NCBI GenBank assembly: GCA_050575255.1
Contig: JBNZDD010013707.1
Span: forward strand, 2,660,729 to 2,724,728
Length of the DNA: 64,000 bases
Source: Harriotta raleighana
Lineage: Eukaryota
Direction: 5' to 3'
Shown: positions 26,401-41,400 of the stretch, piece by piece
How the letters are laid out: every line of letters begins with the position of its first letter
Position numbering within the stretch: the first letter of the stretch is position 1
Program-made: the position numbers and the translations under genes
Notes under the pieces: model-generated
The model's input: only the letters and a program-made list of their open reading frames with translations
What the model was told of the DNA's origin: nothing
The model's database searches: none

Positions 26401-29400
26401 ATGACCATAGTGTGCTTTTCAGTAAAATATGCAACAAACAGCCAGCAACTTCCTTGGGTTCTAAGCTAACTACATTTCATACTCTAGTTGATGAAGAATA
26501 AGAAAGGATGCGTGAGGTTGAATGAGGTTTTTAGTCTCGAGAATGCTGCTTCTTGAACCTATTAGACAGCTGTAGAAAGAGTGACATGAGTAAACATTTG
26601 TTTGTTGCTGGATAAGGCATTTTATGGACTTGTTCTCATTTCATTCAGATAGCCATTGCTCCCACAGCAATGCCGTAACTTATTCAGGTCAATTTTCTTC
26701 TCAGTACAAAAGTATCCTAAATCATGGCACAAATTTTGTGTTTTAAAAAAGACATCTTGAGTAATCAATTTAAGATTGGTTGATTTTGTTCCAAGTTTCT
26801 AAGGAACGATGGATAACCAAATAACTGTTAATGTTTGATTACACCTATTGCATTTTTCAGTTGATTCCATGCATTTTCTTGTGTTTAAGTTAATGAATGA
26901 TCAATTATTGAATTAATTATCAATCATTGAAAATTGCTCAAAAGAGGAAGTTACATGAAGTTGCACCATTGGGAAGTAGACTTGACCAAATTACCTTACC
27001 CAATACTGACCAACCTTACTCATGGCATAAGTGACTCGCCCACTGTGATCTATCAAGCAGCCAATTGCTAATGCTCGGGAACATTTTGTTCCATGTTCAC
27101 AAGCGGATTTCATATGACCCATGTGTCATTTGTGATAGTGATTATGATAATGATAGAGCCCACAGTGCAAGATCATGTTGTACTACCTCGTGACTCATAG
27201 AATACCAACAACAGTGGGGAAATCTGTACTTTATTTCCATCATTTAAAGCAAATAAAGATCTTCCAAGCAATATTTTTTTATTTGCTCATAGGCCCCAGT
27301 TGCCAGTTCTTTTTGTGTATAATGATTTTATTTTTCAGGTCATTGAAAACTTAGAGACTAAAAAGCAAAATCTACTTGAAGAGCTTGAAGCTTTGAGAAA
27401 TGAGCTTTGGAAGAAAGAAGGGTTACTGGTTAAATACGAGGCTCTCGGGATCAGCTCTGTGGATGCAGAGAGCATGCGGCAAGGGCTGGTGAAAGACTTT
27501 CACACTCTTTTGGAGAGCATGAAAGCCATAGACCAGAAATTAGAGGAGGCAGAGACGAGAAGGCTGCAAACCGAGATGGAGAAGGAGAGAGTGGAGGAGG
27601 ATTATGAACTAGTTGTTAGGGAACATGAAGAGCTGCAGCTTAGCTTCAATAAAACCTGTTACCAGTATGTAACAGCTGTGTGCCAGCTTCACGAGTTTAC
27701 TGATGGTGGCTCAGAGGTAGACATGCTGCTTGTGAAACTTAGTGAGGTGGTGCGACAGGTAACTTGAGTGAGTGCTAGTGAGCAATTTCATTCCATCCAA
27801 GCCTTTCTTTTATCACGTTTTTATATTTGTATAAATGATGAATTATTCTATTGATTCTAAATAGAATCATTTGTCAGTTCATTGTCACGTATGAAAACGA
27901 ATTAGCTTTTGATAGCCTTGTATCACTCATTGGGACGCTTCAAAGCACATCACAGCATTTTACTGTTCAGTATAGTATATTTTGCTGGAAAATACAGCAG
28001 CTAATGTTTGCATAACATGTTCCACAAACAGCTGTGACGTGAGAGACCAATTTTGTTTAGAGGTTATTAGCCAGGACACTATGAGAAACTCCCTTCTTTT
28101 TTTAAGAAGTCCTGTGGGATTTTTAATGTCCAGCTGAACAGGCAGATGGGCCCTTCGTTTAACACCTTAGGAAGGAGAGTTGCTGTAAGTCTTCTGGTAT
28201 CTGAGTCAAAGAAATGGCTGGATGGAATGAGGCCTTTGTGGGTCTGTGGTCTTGTGTGCATGTTAGGGGTGCTGTGTAGAATTTTTTGAAATATTATTTG
28301 GAATGAAATATGTACCATTCAATATCATGGTTGTCTGGGTTTTCTGAAATATCCCTTGATACTGGAATTTATTACATTTCAACAAAATGTAAGAAAAGCT
28401 CATTAAAATCTAAGGGACTATAAGACAGCAAGGAAGTCATACTCATTGTAGAACGATTTGGATCAATGAACCATTAGCTTCTCAGTTACAAACAGGATAA
28501 CAAGCCCCAGGATGCAAAGAGCATCAAAACACTCTTGTGCCGATTCCCTTTGTTCTTGTTCCCTGTCCATTTTGTAAAGGGCGGATTGATAATTGGAGAG
28601 AAAAGACATAATTTAAAATAGTCTATGCCGGTGAGGAGATAATTAGAATAATTAGATGCATCTATTAAATTTGTATAAAATAAATTATCTTCCATTACAG
28701 TGACTACAGCTTATTGCTGCTGAGTGTTTATCCTCTTATGCTGGAAATGTAAATGTGTATGTTTTTGCTGATGTTTTCTAAATACTCAGCAAAATGTTGT
28801 TCTATGTTTGTGTGTGTGTGTGTTTGTGTGTGCATGCAGACATCTTAAATCTGCATTTCCCCATACAAGCGGAGGAGGAAATTAGATCTAGTGTAAACAT
28901 AATAAAACAAGTACAGATATTTGCAAACTAGCTAGCTGAGAGGTAGCGGCTGAGAGTTGGCAGATTTCTGGGCAAAGCAATTTTTTGGGGAATGTTTGAC
29001 CAGCGAAATTGAAATGGGCGGCTGGACTGCAGTGAGTACCACATGTTGATGCCAGCATCGCCCTATAAATGTTTTACAATATATTAATCTCTCTTCTACC
29101 CTGCAAGAAGAGCGCTATATAAATGAAAGTTGCTGTTGTTAAAGCTATTCATTGTCTAAGGGGGGAGGGGTGTATCACACTGGAGTTTTGCCTCGAGCGA
29201 CAGATTGTTGTGAGCGGCTCCTGTTGCACAGTTGGCTAAACACACTGTGTAAATGCAGTAGTTCCTCATTCTAGCTCTGGTTGTGAGTAGCATCCTCTCT
29301 GCCCGTTTGATGCTTTCTAATCATATTTTTCTCCTTCTCCTTCAGGAATCTTCAAAGCTTAAGCAGCTGAGCAGCCTCTGTAGTGCAATCTTTCACCATG

Positions 29401-32400
29401 TGGTGAGCTCACAGTCTGGCCATTGCACAACAGTAAGTCAGTGCATAATCAATGCAAGTTTTTATTCTGTATCCAGACACAGGAGGCACTATTACAGTCT
29501 CACAAGAAATGAATCCCGACATGCAAAGAGTATAGGAATGGATGGATACAGAAAGCATCACATCGCAGGTGTAAAATAATTAATACATGTATGAACGAAC
29601 TATCAGTTTGCTTTCCCTCTTCTAAACTTGTGCATAGGTGGCATTAGCACTTGATTTGTTAACACCAGTGTGAAATGCTGGCACCAAAACAAAAAGTAGG
29701 TACTTTGACAAACAGAAACCACTAAATCGTTTCCCCTTTTCTAGTTTGTTACATTTAGAATCCATGGTATCTATCAGGGAAAAAGCATATTTTTCAGCTG
29801 TACTTAATTTGTCTAGTTTATTGGTTTAAACGGAGACATTTATAATTCATTGCCTAAGAGGATACAAAATTTAACAGACTCTTCAATGATGCTGATTGTG
29901 CCCTCCTTGTACCATTGCAAATCTCACTTTCCTTTATATCCCCCCTGGTTACTGTACATCCTAACAAAAAAAACCTTTGGAGTCTGTAAGTCTAATCAAA
30001 CATTCATCACTCAATCGAAAGGAAATTTCACTTTCAAATCATAGGAATGAACACAAATCAGATTGGAGTAGAATCCTGTGTTATGTGCTTCTGATTTCCT
30101 TATTAAGGAATCCCATTAGCAATTGTCATATAATCAAACTCAGTATCCTCCCATTAAATACATTAATTTAGTTGCAAACTGATATAAAATTTACTGTCCT
30201 GGCGTTGCTCACTACTGTGTCAATTTGAATACTAACTTTGCAGATATTAACTTTGCAGATATGTTCTCCATATGTTGTCATGGAAATTAATGCTTTAAGG
30301 ACGACTCTTATGCAATCATTGGGCAGATATATTCAAAAGAGGCACAAGTGAAACATACTGGTCCACAAACTAGGGTCAATTTGCCTCATACAAGTCAAGT
30401 TATTTTAGAATCCCTTCAGCAATGTTGAAATGTCTTGAAATTAACTGAAGTTCTTGTAATTTCAATTAGTATTTTCAACTTGCTTTTGTTTCCTCTCACA
30501 GGAGGAGCAGAGCTCTCCCAGCAGATACAGAGACTTGAAGAACTCTTTGAGCCACTTACGATCTCAACTCCAGGTAAAATAATACATTGGCTTTGTGGAT
30601 GCACAACACTTCCAGCTTGTCACAACACAAATGGATTTTGTATCCTGTCGTCCGCCTATTTAGCATATACCGGTAGGACTGGTACAAAATACTGTTCAAA
30701 TTAACTGTATAAGAATTGTATTGTGGTGTCCTGTAGTTCAGTGGTTAGAGCACTTGCCTTACAAGCAAGAGACCTGGGTTCAATTGCAGGCAGGGCAAAA
30801 TTTGGGGCAAGTTTCCTTGCTCCACACATCTAATAATTCCTCCAAAATAAAACAGCACAAAAAATTGGTCATTTCAATTGACCACTGTTTGTGGGACACT
30901 TGTGTGCACAATCATCTGTGTTTTGCCCACAAATACAGTCAATTCACTTTACAGTATATTCTGTGAAGCGCTTTGAGATGTCTAGAAGACGTGAAAAGCT
31001 CTATATCAAATGTAAGGATTATTGTTATAAGAATCATAAAATAATATAATTCAATACAGAGCTGCCTCATTTGTAAGGTGGCTGGTTTATGGACTCCCAA
31101 CATTCACAGGGTGACTTGATAGTTAAGAGTTTTGCTAGAGTATGGGTCCGCTTTCATCATGAGTGCCCCATGACTGGTGGCTACCAGAAATGTGATTGCA
31201 CCCTTCACAAGGAGCAGTGCCTCAGGGCACTTTGCACCTATTCTCTATTCAGTGAAGAACAGATGGATATCTGATTGGGGGTAGAATGGAGCAATGACTC
31301 CTTTTTGTTCTTCTATTTCTATTTAGTTATGTACACAATAATAAAAATTGGTCATTTTAATCCACGACTGTTTGTGGGACACTGCTGTTCGCAATTGACT
31401 GCCGCGTTTCGCTCACAAATATACAGTCAATTCATTTTACAGTATATTCTGTGAAGCGCTTTGAGACATTGATAAGATGTGAAAAGCGCTATATCAAATG
31501 CAAGAATTATTCTTCTTATTATTTGTAGTCAATAATTTCAATGCTAGAGCATCAACTTCAGCTCTGAAACAAAATATTAAACTCGGGTGTCTCGATTCTG
31601 TGCAGAACGGGGATATTTTGTTTCGAGAAGAGTTGCTGAGGGAGAAATGGGCATCTCTGTTGGATCCATCTCGTAACAAGGCAATTCAGACCCCCTCCAT
31701 TGGGCAGTGTGTTCAAGAGGCCATGATCATTGCAAGTATGGTGTTACACACAGATTTACATGCTTTGATTGATCTTTCTACATGTTTAAATTACACTGAC
31801 TATCCAATAAGAGTGTGCTTTGCTCTTATGATGGTGCAAGTCAAATAAACCACATATTTGTGTGCTACTTAACAGAGTTGGCTTCTGAATGTATCTCTGA
31901 TTACCCAAAATTCTCGGAGGCGATCAAGGAAGGCCGTCTTACACCACTGATGGAATCACATTCCTCTCCATTGGCAGAGATGATGCAGGCTCTTAGATCC
32001 AGTGATGTGGAGCAGGTGAGAAAAGTCTCTTGTATTGGTCATACTCAATGTAGTTCATTGACTCGGGTTTGAACACCATTCCATACTAAATTGGCTGTTG
32101 TCAGATGGTTTAAGATAGGAGTTGAACAAGTAGCCTAGATTGGGGAAGGGAAAGATAAGAGTTTTGTTTTCTGATTACTAAAACAGCAACAACAGCTTGA
32201 TTTATATCACGTCCTTCACAGAGGATAGTGCTTTGGATGTGCTGACATCATTGTTCCATGATGTTTGATGTGCTGTGTTCCTGATCATTCTCCCATGGGT
32301 ATGTGTGGTGTGAAGAAAGGACAGGATTATGCTCATGTGTGATTTTCTCCACATCCCCCCCCACCACCAGTTGCTTAACTTGCTGACCATCAGTGTTCAG

Positions 32401-35400
32401 GCTCATACATAAAGAATGAGTACCCACAATGATGTCCTTCATTTACTTTTAAGAAGTTGTACATAACTGGGACTTTGAGCGATTGTTCACACATCACAGT
32501 ACCTGTCTAGCTAGGACCATCCTATTCATTCGGGTTTTGAAGTTATATCTATAATAATAATCTTTTAAATTTCATATGGTGCCTTTCACACTGGAGGACA
32601 TTGCAAAGCACTTCATTGGATTTGCTGTGAAGTGTAGGACCTTTATAGGTGAACATTTGTAGGTGAATGTTTGCACACAGTCTGTTTCAAGCTCCTCTCT
32701 CAGTGCGGTAAAGCTCACGGGACTAACAGATGAACCGTAGTAACTCCCAAACACAAACCTGTATTTGATAATATTCATTTATTAATTATTGTAATTTAAA
32801 TGCCAGTTTGTTTCACTCATTAATTAGATAAGTACGGGCCTCTGTACTGAGTTACACATTTTGCACATCTCGCAAAATGTACCTCGGGATTGAAGGCTGA
32901 TATCTCTAATGTGCTTTATAACTTTTATCAGACTTGAGATTAACTGATTTACAATTATAGTACTCAAAATTTAGAATTGACCACCACTCACTGAGCAATA
33001 CATGTTTGTCCTTACTTTATCCACAGGTCAGAGTTGTCCTTAAGAGACCTGAGACTCAAAAAGAGCTGGCCAGATTGTTGGACTGTGAAGGAGAACAATT
33101 GGCAAGAGAAGAGGATATCTCTTCACCCCTGGAGGAAAAACTAGGTGCCAGTGAGAGAGCGCAGGAGTACACAAAATACGGAGATGACATAATTAACACC
33201 AAAGAAACAAAACACCATGTTGTAGTTACAATGGATCCTGATACCAGTCAACCACAGGCTGCCCTTGCAGAGTTTGCCAATCAGAAAGTCCCTGGCACAA
33301 AGTCAAGCAGCACTTCTGTACATACACGTAGCATTTGTGACCACAGTGAGCCTGATGGTCACAATTTGTCAAGCTCACAGTTCAACATGCATAGAGAATC
33401 CTCCAGCACAGAGGCCATGACATACACAGGTACCATCGCAACACTTGAAGCTGAGATACAAAAGCTGCAGACAGAGAAAGCAGAGCTGGACCAACATTTG
33501 CAAGGCAAACATAGCCTGCTCCTCAAAACAACTGCAGAAAGAAGTGAACTGCAGAAAAAACTGTGCGCGACAGAAAGTCAAGTCAACGATTTGTCCCAGA
33601 AACTTGATGTGGTGATGCAAGACAAGATGAAGGAAGAAGAAACGATGAAGAACAACTTGAGGAAGGAGAATGAAGTTCTGGAGAAGAGAAACAAAGAGCT
33701 ATGCAATAGAATAGCGAAGCAGGAAACAGAGTGGAAGGAAATGGAGGCAGAGTTTCAGGAAGAGAAGGAGAACAGTTTACAGAACGTTTTGAAGCTGGCC
33801 GAGGAGAAGCAGAAACTGGAAGAACAACTTACCTCTGTCCGGACAGCGAATGCACAGCAGTTATTGGAATGCCATCAGACTGCTCAAGGAATGGATGCTC
33901 AAAATGAGGAACTGAAGAAAAGAATAGCAGAGCTGGAAAACAAAGATAAAATACTTATCGATGCAATAACAGGGCTGAAGGAAGAGATAGAAAAAGGAAA
34001 GCAAGAAAATGACCTACTGCTCAACAAGATGAACAGGCTGGAGAATGAGAAGGCAGAGGCAGGTCACCGAAATGCACAGATATTAAAAAGAGAGAATGAG
34101 GAGCTTTCAGAGAAGGTCAATATATTAGAAAGAAAAGCAGAACAATATGATGCTCAAATTATTGCCCTGCAGCATAAATTGAATTGTTTGGAGCATGAAA
34201 ACAGCAAATTGATGAGATTGAAAGAAAATCAAATTGAAGGGATGGATGTGGAAATAACTGATGGAAAGGGGAAATTGGTGGAGGCTGCTGAGACTCTCGA
34301 GCAACCAAATGAGCAATCACTGCAAGATACTCCTTTGGTAACAAAAGACGGGGAGGCAATATTGAAAACTGAACAAGTATTTTCATTGAGCAAAGGTCTG
34401 GTAGGGAAGAAGTATGCGTTTAATGATGCATTGGCTGAGTCACCTGTAGAGAAAGATATTAGAGGAACTGCTGACGATTCAAAGCTGGAGTCTAATAAGG
34501 TCTCGAGACAGGAAGAATGTGTGGCCAGGCTAACCAGAGAGGTGGTGGGACTATCCTCAGCAGAAGGCTTGGTTATGATTGATGCTGCTCCAGAAGTTGT
34601 TAATTACTGTGACCAAACTGAACTGCTGGAATGTGCTACTCAGGTAAGCAGCAACAATATTTATTTTCAATCTAGGGCTAGAAATTTGTCATTCATTTGT
34701 GGTCTGGCTTTTTAAAAGGTGAATTATTTTCAATTATACCCAGCAATATATTTGTTATGGATGGAATCATAAAGTGAAGGCTCCATGAAAGCACTCTATT
34801 TCATCAAAAGCATCTAATTGTGCTTCACAAGTATTTGGTGCTTGCTTTTAAAAAAAACTTCAGTAATAAACCCTTGTTAATCTAGACCCAAATATCCAGA
34901 ATTTGGAATTAACCAGACTGCATCCCCTAAAAATCTGTGATTCAAAACTCCTCTCCATGTTTTTAAACTTCCACGAGCTTATGTGTTGTCAACAAGTTGA
35001 CACTGATGAGGTTTTTAGCTGACGGCATCCACAGAGCTGTATCACATCAGTTCTGACAAAGGGTCGTGGACCTGAAAAGTTGACTCACTTTTTCTTTCTC
35101 CATAGATGCTGCCTGACCTGCTGAATGTTCCCGGCAATTTCTGTTTTTGTTTCAGATTTCCAGCATCTGCAGTATTTAGCGTTTTTGTATCACATCAGTG
35201 GTGGTTATAGAATTATTGTTATTTTTTGTTTTTCTTTTTGTCTATTATTTATTTAAACTTCATTTTTGTTCATTTTAAATGTTAGGGGGGATTTNTCACA
35301 TCAGTGATGGTTATAGAATTATTGTTATTTTTTGTTTTTCTTTTTGTCTATTTTATTTATTTAAACTTCATTTTTGTTCATTTTAAATGTTAGGGGGGAT

Positions 35401-38400
35401 TTATTTTTACTCATTTAATTTATGTTAAATGTTTGGAATTAGGATTAGCATTTAGCCAGAAAATCCAAGTTGCTGGACTGTAACTCTCCCCCATTTAGTT
35501 TGGTTAGCCAGGGATTAGTGCATTGTCACTATGTTAATATATAGTACTAAGTAAACCCAGTTTATAATAATAATAAAAAATCCTTGAATTTCTCATGAAG
35601 GAAAAAGATGAGTTCAACAAAGTTCAGCAAAGTGTTCTGATGGAAGCTGAGGCCATGTTTACAGCTGGAGATGTATCATTAAAAACTACAGAAGTGGATT
35701 CACATGCAAAGGAGGTTCCTGTAAATCAGCCCAGGATAGAGGTAATATTAAAGTAACAAGCTTGAATATTACAGTTTGTGGCATATTTCTGGGACCTTGA
35801 GTCTGCACTGACTCTCAGAGCAAGGTGTTCATTCAAGTCCTGTAGCTCAGTGGTTACAGCACTCGCCTTACAACTATGAGTCTTGTGTTCGAATCCAGGA
35901 AGGGCGAAACCTTGGGCAAGTTTCCTTACTCCAAACCCCTAATAATAATCCCTCAAAACAAATTGGTCATTTCAATCCACGTCTGCCATGTGAGTTTCGC
36001 CCACAAATATATACAGTCAATACACTTTACAGTATATTCTGTGAAGCACTTTAAGACATCTAGAAGACGTGAAAAGCGCTATATCAAATGCAAGGATTAT
36101 TATTATTATTACTTCAAGCCTCTGTCCTTCATAAACCTGTGTACTTCCCACTTGAAACACACAAAGGACTCACTTGTACTATCAAAATGAGACGTCTCAC
36201 ATTTCGCTTCATTAAACTTCAGCTGTCCAATGTGCTTATCTATTTAACCGTCCAGCAGTCTCTTGCTGTTTTCCTCACTATTTGCTATAAACCCAAGCTT
36301 GGAATCATCCGTACACCTTGATATTGATGTAAGCCGAGGAGGTTGGTGGGAGAGAAGGACTGATTGGGAGTAGCAGAGAGTTGGGAGTAGAAGGGGGAGC
36401 ATTTTCAAGAGGGTAGCTTGGGTCAGGCCAGCAGCGAAAACTTGCACACAAGATACGGGAGAAGAACGTTCAGCAGGACAGGTCAGCCCACAGGCAAGTT
36501 GGGAGCTGAGGGAAACAGCACAGAGGGGAGAAAGAGGGGATAACACTCATGGCTTACTTTGAACCAGAGTCAGAGAGCGAGAGAGGGATGGTGGACAGGG
36601 TGGCAAAGAAGGAGATCAGGGAAGTGATGAGGAAATAGAAATGAAAAAAATATACTTAGCTTGGAGGATTTGAAAAATGACAAAATTGTAAAGTGGATTG
36701 GCTGTGTATTTTGTAGGTGAAACGTGGCACCCAGTTGCACCTAGTAATATCCCAAAACAGTCATGGTTTGAGATATCAGTTTATTATTATTATTTTTTTG
36801 AGGGGATTATTACCGCTGGAAAGCAATCCGCCAATTGACTAACATGTCTTATTATTACAAAATAAATCCTAATCCCCTCAATAAATACAAACAAAAATCA
36901 GTGAAACTTTATATGTGCTCACTGTTTTGTTTCTTTCTTCCTGTTCATCTTTTCTTCCTCTATTCTAGCTTTGCCTATAAAATCTACACAAGGTCAGAAT
37001 ACTGTATGCTTTATAGTACAGTATTCTGTGAGGAGTTTTGAGTTGTCTCCACAGTATGATAAGGTTCTATATTGAATTCAAGGATTATTGTTATTATTTT
37101 TCTATGGTATTAAAACCCCAAATGTTTGACGATTGATGATGACACACCTCGACCTTAATGCGATCTTGTCTTTCTATGGCATGCGCTTTACAGAGAATTG
37201 CTGTCAAGTGTAGTGACTGTATATTTGTGGGTGAACGTGCCCCAATTTACACATGGCTGAATTCATGGGAAGGATTGAGCTCCTGGCGACAGCTACGCTT
37301 TCGATCCTCTATTGTTTGGAATCGTTATTGCAGTAATTCTGACCTGAGGGGTTTGATCTGCCTTCACAAGAGGAAGCAGAGGTACAGAAACCGTGGACCT
37401 AGCTTGAGAACTCTGTCATTAGACTTGCCCTGCCGGAGAGGCCAACTGGGTGGCTTGCTCGGTGGTAGCAAAGACAGGTTTCACTGGAAGAGGAAAAACT
37501 TAATGAATGAGAGGGCAAAAAATCTGTTTGATTTAATCATTCCAATAGAACGATGTGATGAACTGCGCAAGAAAAGAGCTGACACTCCAGATGCAGGTAT
37601 TGCCGTTGAAGTCTTGCCTCAAAGATCAGACTTTTCTACAGAAGAAATTACAGCAATTACATCAGCAGCTGGGGGTCCTCCAAAACCAATTTGATGAGAA
37701 GGTAATCGTGTGGGAATACATGTCTAGCTTTTAAACTGTTCAACGTGATAATTATCACTGTTTTGTTGACTCCCATTAGCTCTAATTGTCACAAGAATTT
37801 GTGATCATTTGGGGTTTAACACCATATTTCCACTAGATGGCAGCATATTCTGCCATTGAGTGATTTCTCCCAGCTGTTAGTTTGGGAATGGTAGACAGAG
37901 AGGGAATCAGCTGCTGCCTAAACGCCACACCTCCAATTGGTGGATTAATCGTTCAATGGGAAGGGATGTGCTTCCGAGCAGTGGGCAGGAGGATGCTGAG
38001 GATGAGTTCACGCATTTCGTGCTGAGCTGTGTTGCTCATCAAGAAGCTCCCAGGTCCTGGGACTTGCCATCGACCAAGTGCGGGCTCAAATCTCAAATCG
38101 CATTAAAAGGCTGCAACAGCCATTTGTACTTTCTCGTGACCAGCATTAATCTGGACACGTTTCATGAAGTGTTCACTGCTCACTTTTCAAAAGCTTTATG
38201 GGAGACATTATTTTGTAAAGCACAAAGATGTGTTAAAACAAGAACAACAACAAAATTACATTTGTGTAGTGGTGTTCACGCCCGGAGAATGCCCCAAGGC
38301 ACTATAACTGCGATGTTAGCAACAGATGTTTGTAGCAACATAACCTCTGGGAGGCCTGCAATATTTATGTTCAAGAGTGTCAGAGCAGATTTTCTGTTGG

Positions 38401-41400
38401 TCAGTGTGTTACACATCTGGCTCCCAGCCAGAAGGCTGTATCCGTGACTTACTGGTGCAAATGCTGAGTCTTGACCTTGGCTGTGATTCAGTGGGAATAA
38501 TGTTACACATGCTGACTCAGTGTTCTGTGTAGTCTAAGGTTGAAATAAGTCTAAGAGCCGACAATTCCCAATTGAAAGAACAACTTTGTATCTTGGAAGA
38601 ATGGAGCTGGAAAGCACAGGCGCGAGAAGCAAGTTCTGAGCTGATGAAGAGAGAGGTAACTGCTAAACACCAAACATTTAAGACACCCTTCCAATCTTAG
38701 AGCTCCAATCCTGATTGTGGAGTGCAGGCAAATATTGAATTGTGGAGAACTGTAATTAATTGTGAACATAACATTGGTTATAGATCATAAGACAGCACAA
38801 AGCCAGAGCTTATTAAATCTTTGGAAATGGCCAAAGTGACACCAAGTCACCAAAGTGTTCGGGAAGTTATTCCAAATGTCTGTGGAAAATAGGAATTGAG
38901 CAGTGGCTCAAAAAATATATATATTGGCAATCATGGATCAATCTAGAATGTTCGAGGGTAATTGGGAAAAAATGTGACCTTTGATATGTTGATTGCCAGC
39001 ACTGGAGATAATTATCACATTGACCAGCACATTACTGTCAGAACAGTTTGATTGAGCTAAACTAATATCCCCAAACTCTTCCATGTGTGGAGCAACAATG
39101 GTGGCTTTAGAAACGTTTATGGTAAGGGTTATCTTAATAGTTTTAAAGCAATATTATATTTATTATGTCATAAGGGGTCAATGAATAATTTGATATGTGA
39201 CAACAATTTCAATAATGTTAAATCTAGGAGGCAGTAGTTTGAAATTAATTCTTGATTCACTCTTTCTGACATGTACGTTGACGATGCAAGTTGTGCAAAA
39301 AGGATTGTAAGAGTTGGGATAAAATCAAATACTAAATTATATTTGTTTTCTCTTCAGTTTGAAAAGATGGGAAAGAGAAAAACAGAAGCCGAACTGCTTG
39401 TAGCTCCATTAAAGGTAGCACCCAGATTCCTTAAACAATTTTATTAGTTAGTGAGTCTTTGTTTTATCCAATACGTACCAACACACCTCACCATGCTTAA
39501 AAATATCCAAAGCAGACAATGTTCCACATATGCATGCCACGTGAAAAATGTCCTGTCGGGACTGGAATGCACACTCTCTTCCTCTTCAGAGATACGCCCT
39601 GCTTTCATAGTTCCAGAGAGCATTAGCTGCGGGTTGACAAAAGCCAAAGTCAGTACCTGTGGGGTACTGCACAATCTAACCAACTAAAACTGTGTAACGT
39701 GATATCGAGAGCATTCTTTGGCAAGCTTCCTCTTTGGAAGCCCATTAGGGCTTTGGTTTGCGGGGTTAACGAGAGCTTAGTGGTCTGTTCCTTGAAAATT
39801 TACAGATGAGCCAGACTGTCATCAGCAGTGTCCTGGAGTACTTGTCTGGCTCAGGATCAGAACTACTGAGATGCCACATAGAGGTAACTCAAATAAAACA
39901 TTCTTTTTCCAAGCACATCACCTTTAGAGTCAGTTCAATTCCTGGGAGACTCTGCTTATCTCTTGCCCATCCCCATCAATAGTTTTTGCATCTTTGGTGA
40001 TTCTTCTACCAGTAAACTGATTTGTCAAAAACAAATACATAAAATTAAGTTACGATTCAATTTTCTGTTTCTCTTTTCTGTTTGGCTATGAGTGGTTTCT
40101 GTAAGTATACAGTATAAGAGCTAAAAGACTTTCCTTAACTGACACACTCAAAATCTTCCCATTTGCTTGCTGTCAATTGCAGGTCAAAGTGTCCTGTCTT
40201 GTTCAGAAGTGCCATGACAGGAACAGCCTGATTATACGGCTAGTGAAGGAGCTCCATGGATGTGGCTTTATCAATATAGACCTGATGGAAGAGGCTGAGG
40301 ATCTGCTGAATGACACTGCTGTGCTAGAGTATACTAAGAACTTCCTGCCCTCTTACAGCCAAGTGGTATGAGCTGAGAAGTTCCCATTACTATTCTGTAG
40401 AAATCGCAGAAATTTGCAGCACAGAAGAAGTCCATTGTGTGTTTGCAGGCTATCCTTTTAAAGAGCAATCCTTTCGGTTGCTGCCTTTTCCTCAAACTCA
40501 TGTATGTTATTTCTTTTTTAAATCTACTGCTGGTCATCCTACAATTATGCTTTTTGTTCAGTTAGGTATGCGCAAGATTTACTTTATGAAAATGTTTGAC
40601 TGCATTGGTTCATATTTTTCACTGTTTTATGGTCACGGGGAAAGAATGAGCTTGAGCAGAGACATTAGGGTTGAAAGTGTGGAGATCATTGCACAAATTG
40701 CAGAACTAGTTTGGACCTGAAATTACACAATTTAATGTAAAATCGACTGAAACAAAATCAATGATTCTGTTCCTGAAAACTACAGCTGTTGGTTTGCATA
40801 GAGAGGCCGAAACCCATTCCCTTGGCATATAGGGATCGACTTCACCAAGACGCTGTCTAATTTCTCAAAGTTAATTTTCTGAGCCTAGTTGGGTGAAGAT
40901 TTTGGCTCTTTTATGCAGATGGGCCTTGGGAATGCAATATTAAACAAAAAAGAAGCTAGAGCTAAATTAGGTCCCAATGCTCATAAAACAAAGGAACTCA
41001 TTTCAGAGACTAGGAAGAGGGTGCTAGTTGGACCATCGAGAGTAATCCTCCACTTAACTGCAGAGAGAAGCNGATCGACTTCACCAAGACGCTGTCTAAT
41101 TTCTCAAAGTTAATTTTCTGAGCCTAGTTAGGTGAAGATTTTGGCTCTTTTATGCAGATGGGCCTTGGGAATTCAATATTAAACAAAAAAGAAGCTAGAG
41201 CTAAATTAGGTCCCAATGCTCATAAAACAAAGGAACTCATTTCAGAGACTAGGAAGAGGATGCTAGTTGGACCATCGAGAGTAATCCTCCACTTAACTGC
41301 AGAGAGAAGCACCCACTGGCAGCTTTAAGGAATGCTGCAAATGTTATCCCTAAATGGAACCTGATTTAGGATTGTAAGATTAATTTTCTCTCACCAACTT

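Noticed and set aside
35190-35402. Tandem duplication of about 100 bp
   Set aside because: Single n at the junction (35296); assembly artefact.
40834-41310. Direct repeat of about 240 bp
   Set aside because: Single n at 41072 between the copies; contig overlap or haplotype artefact.
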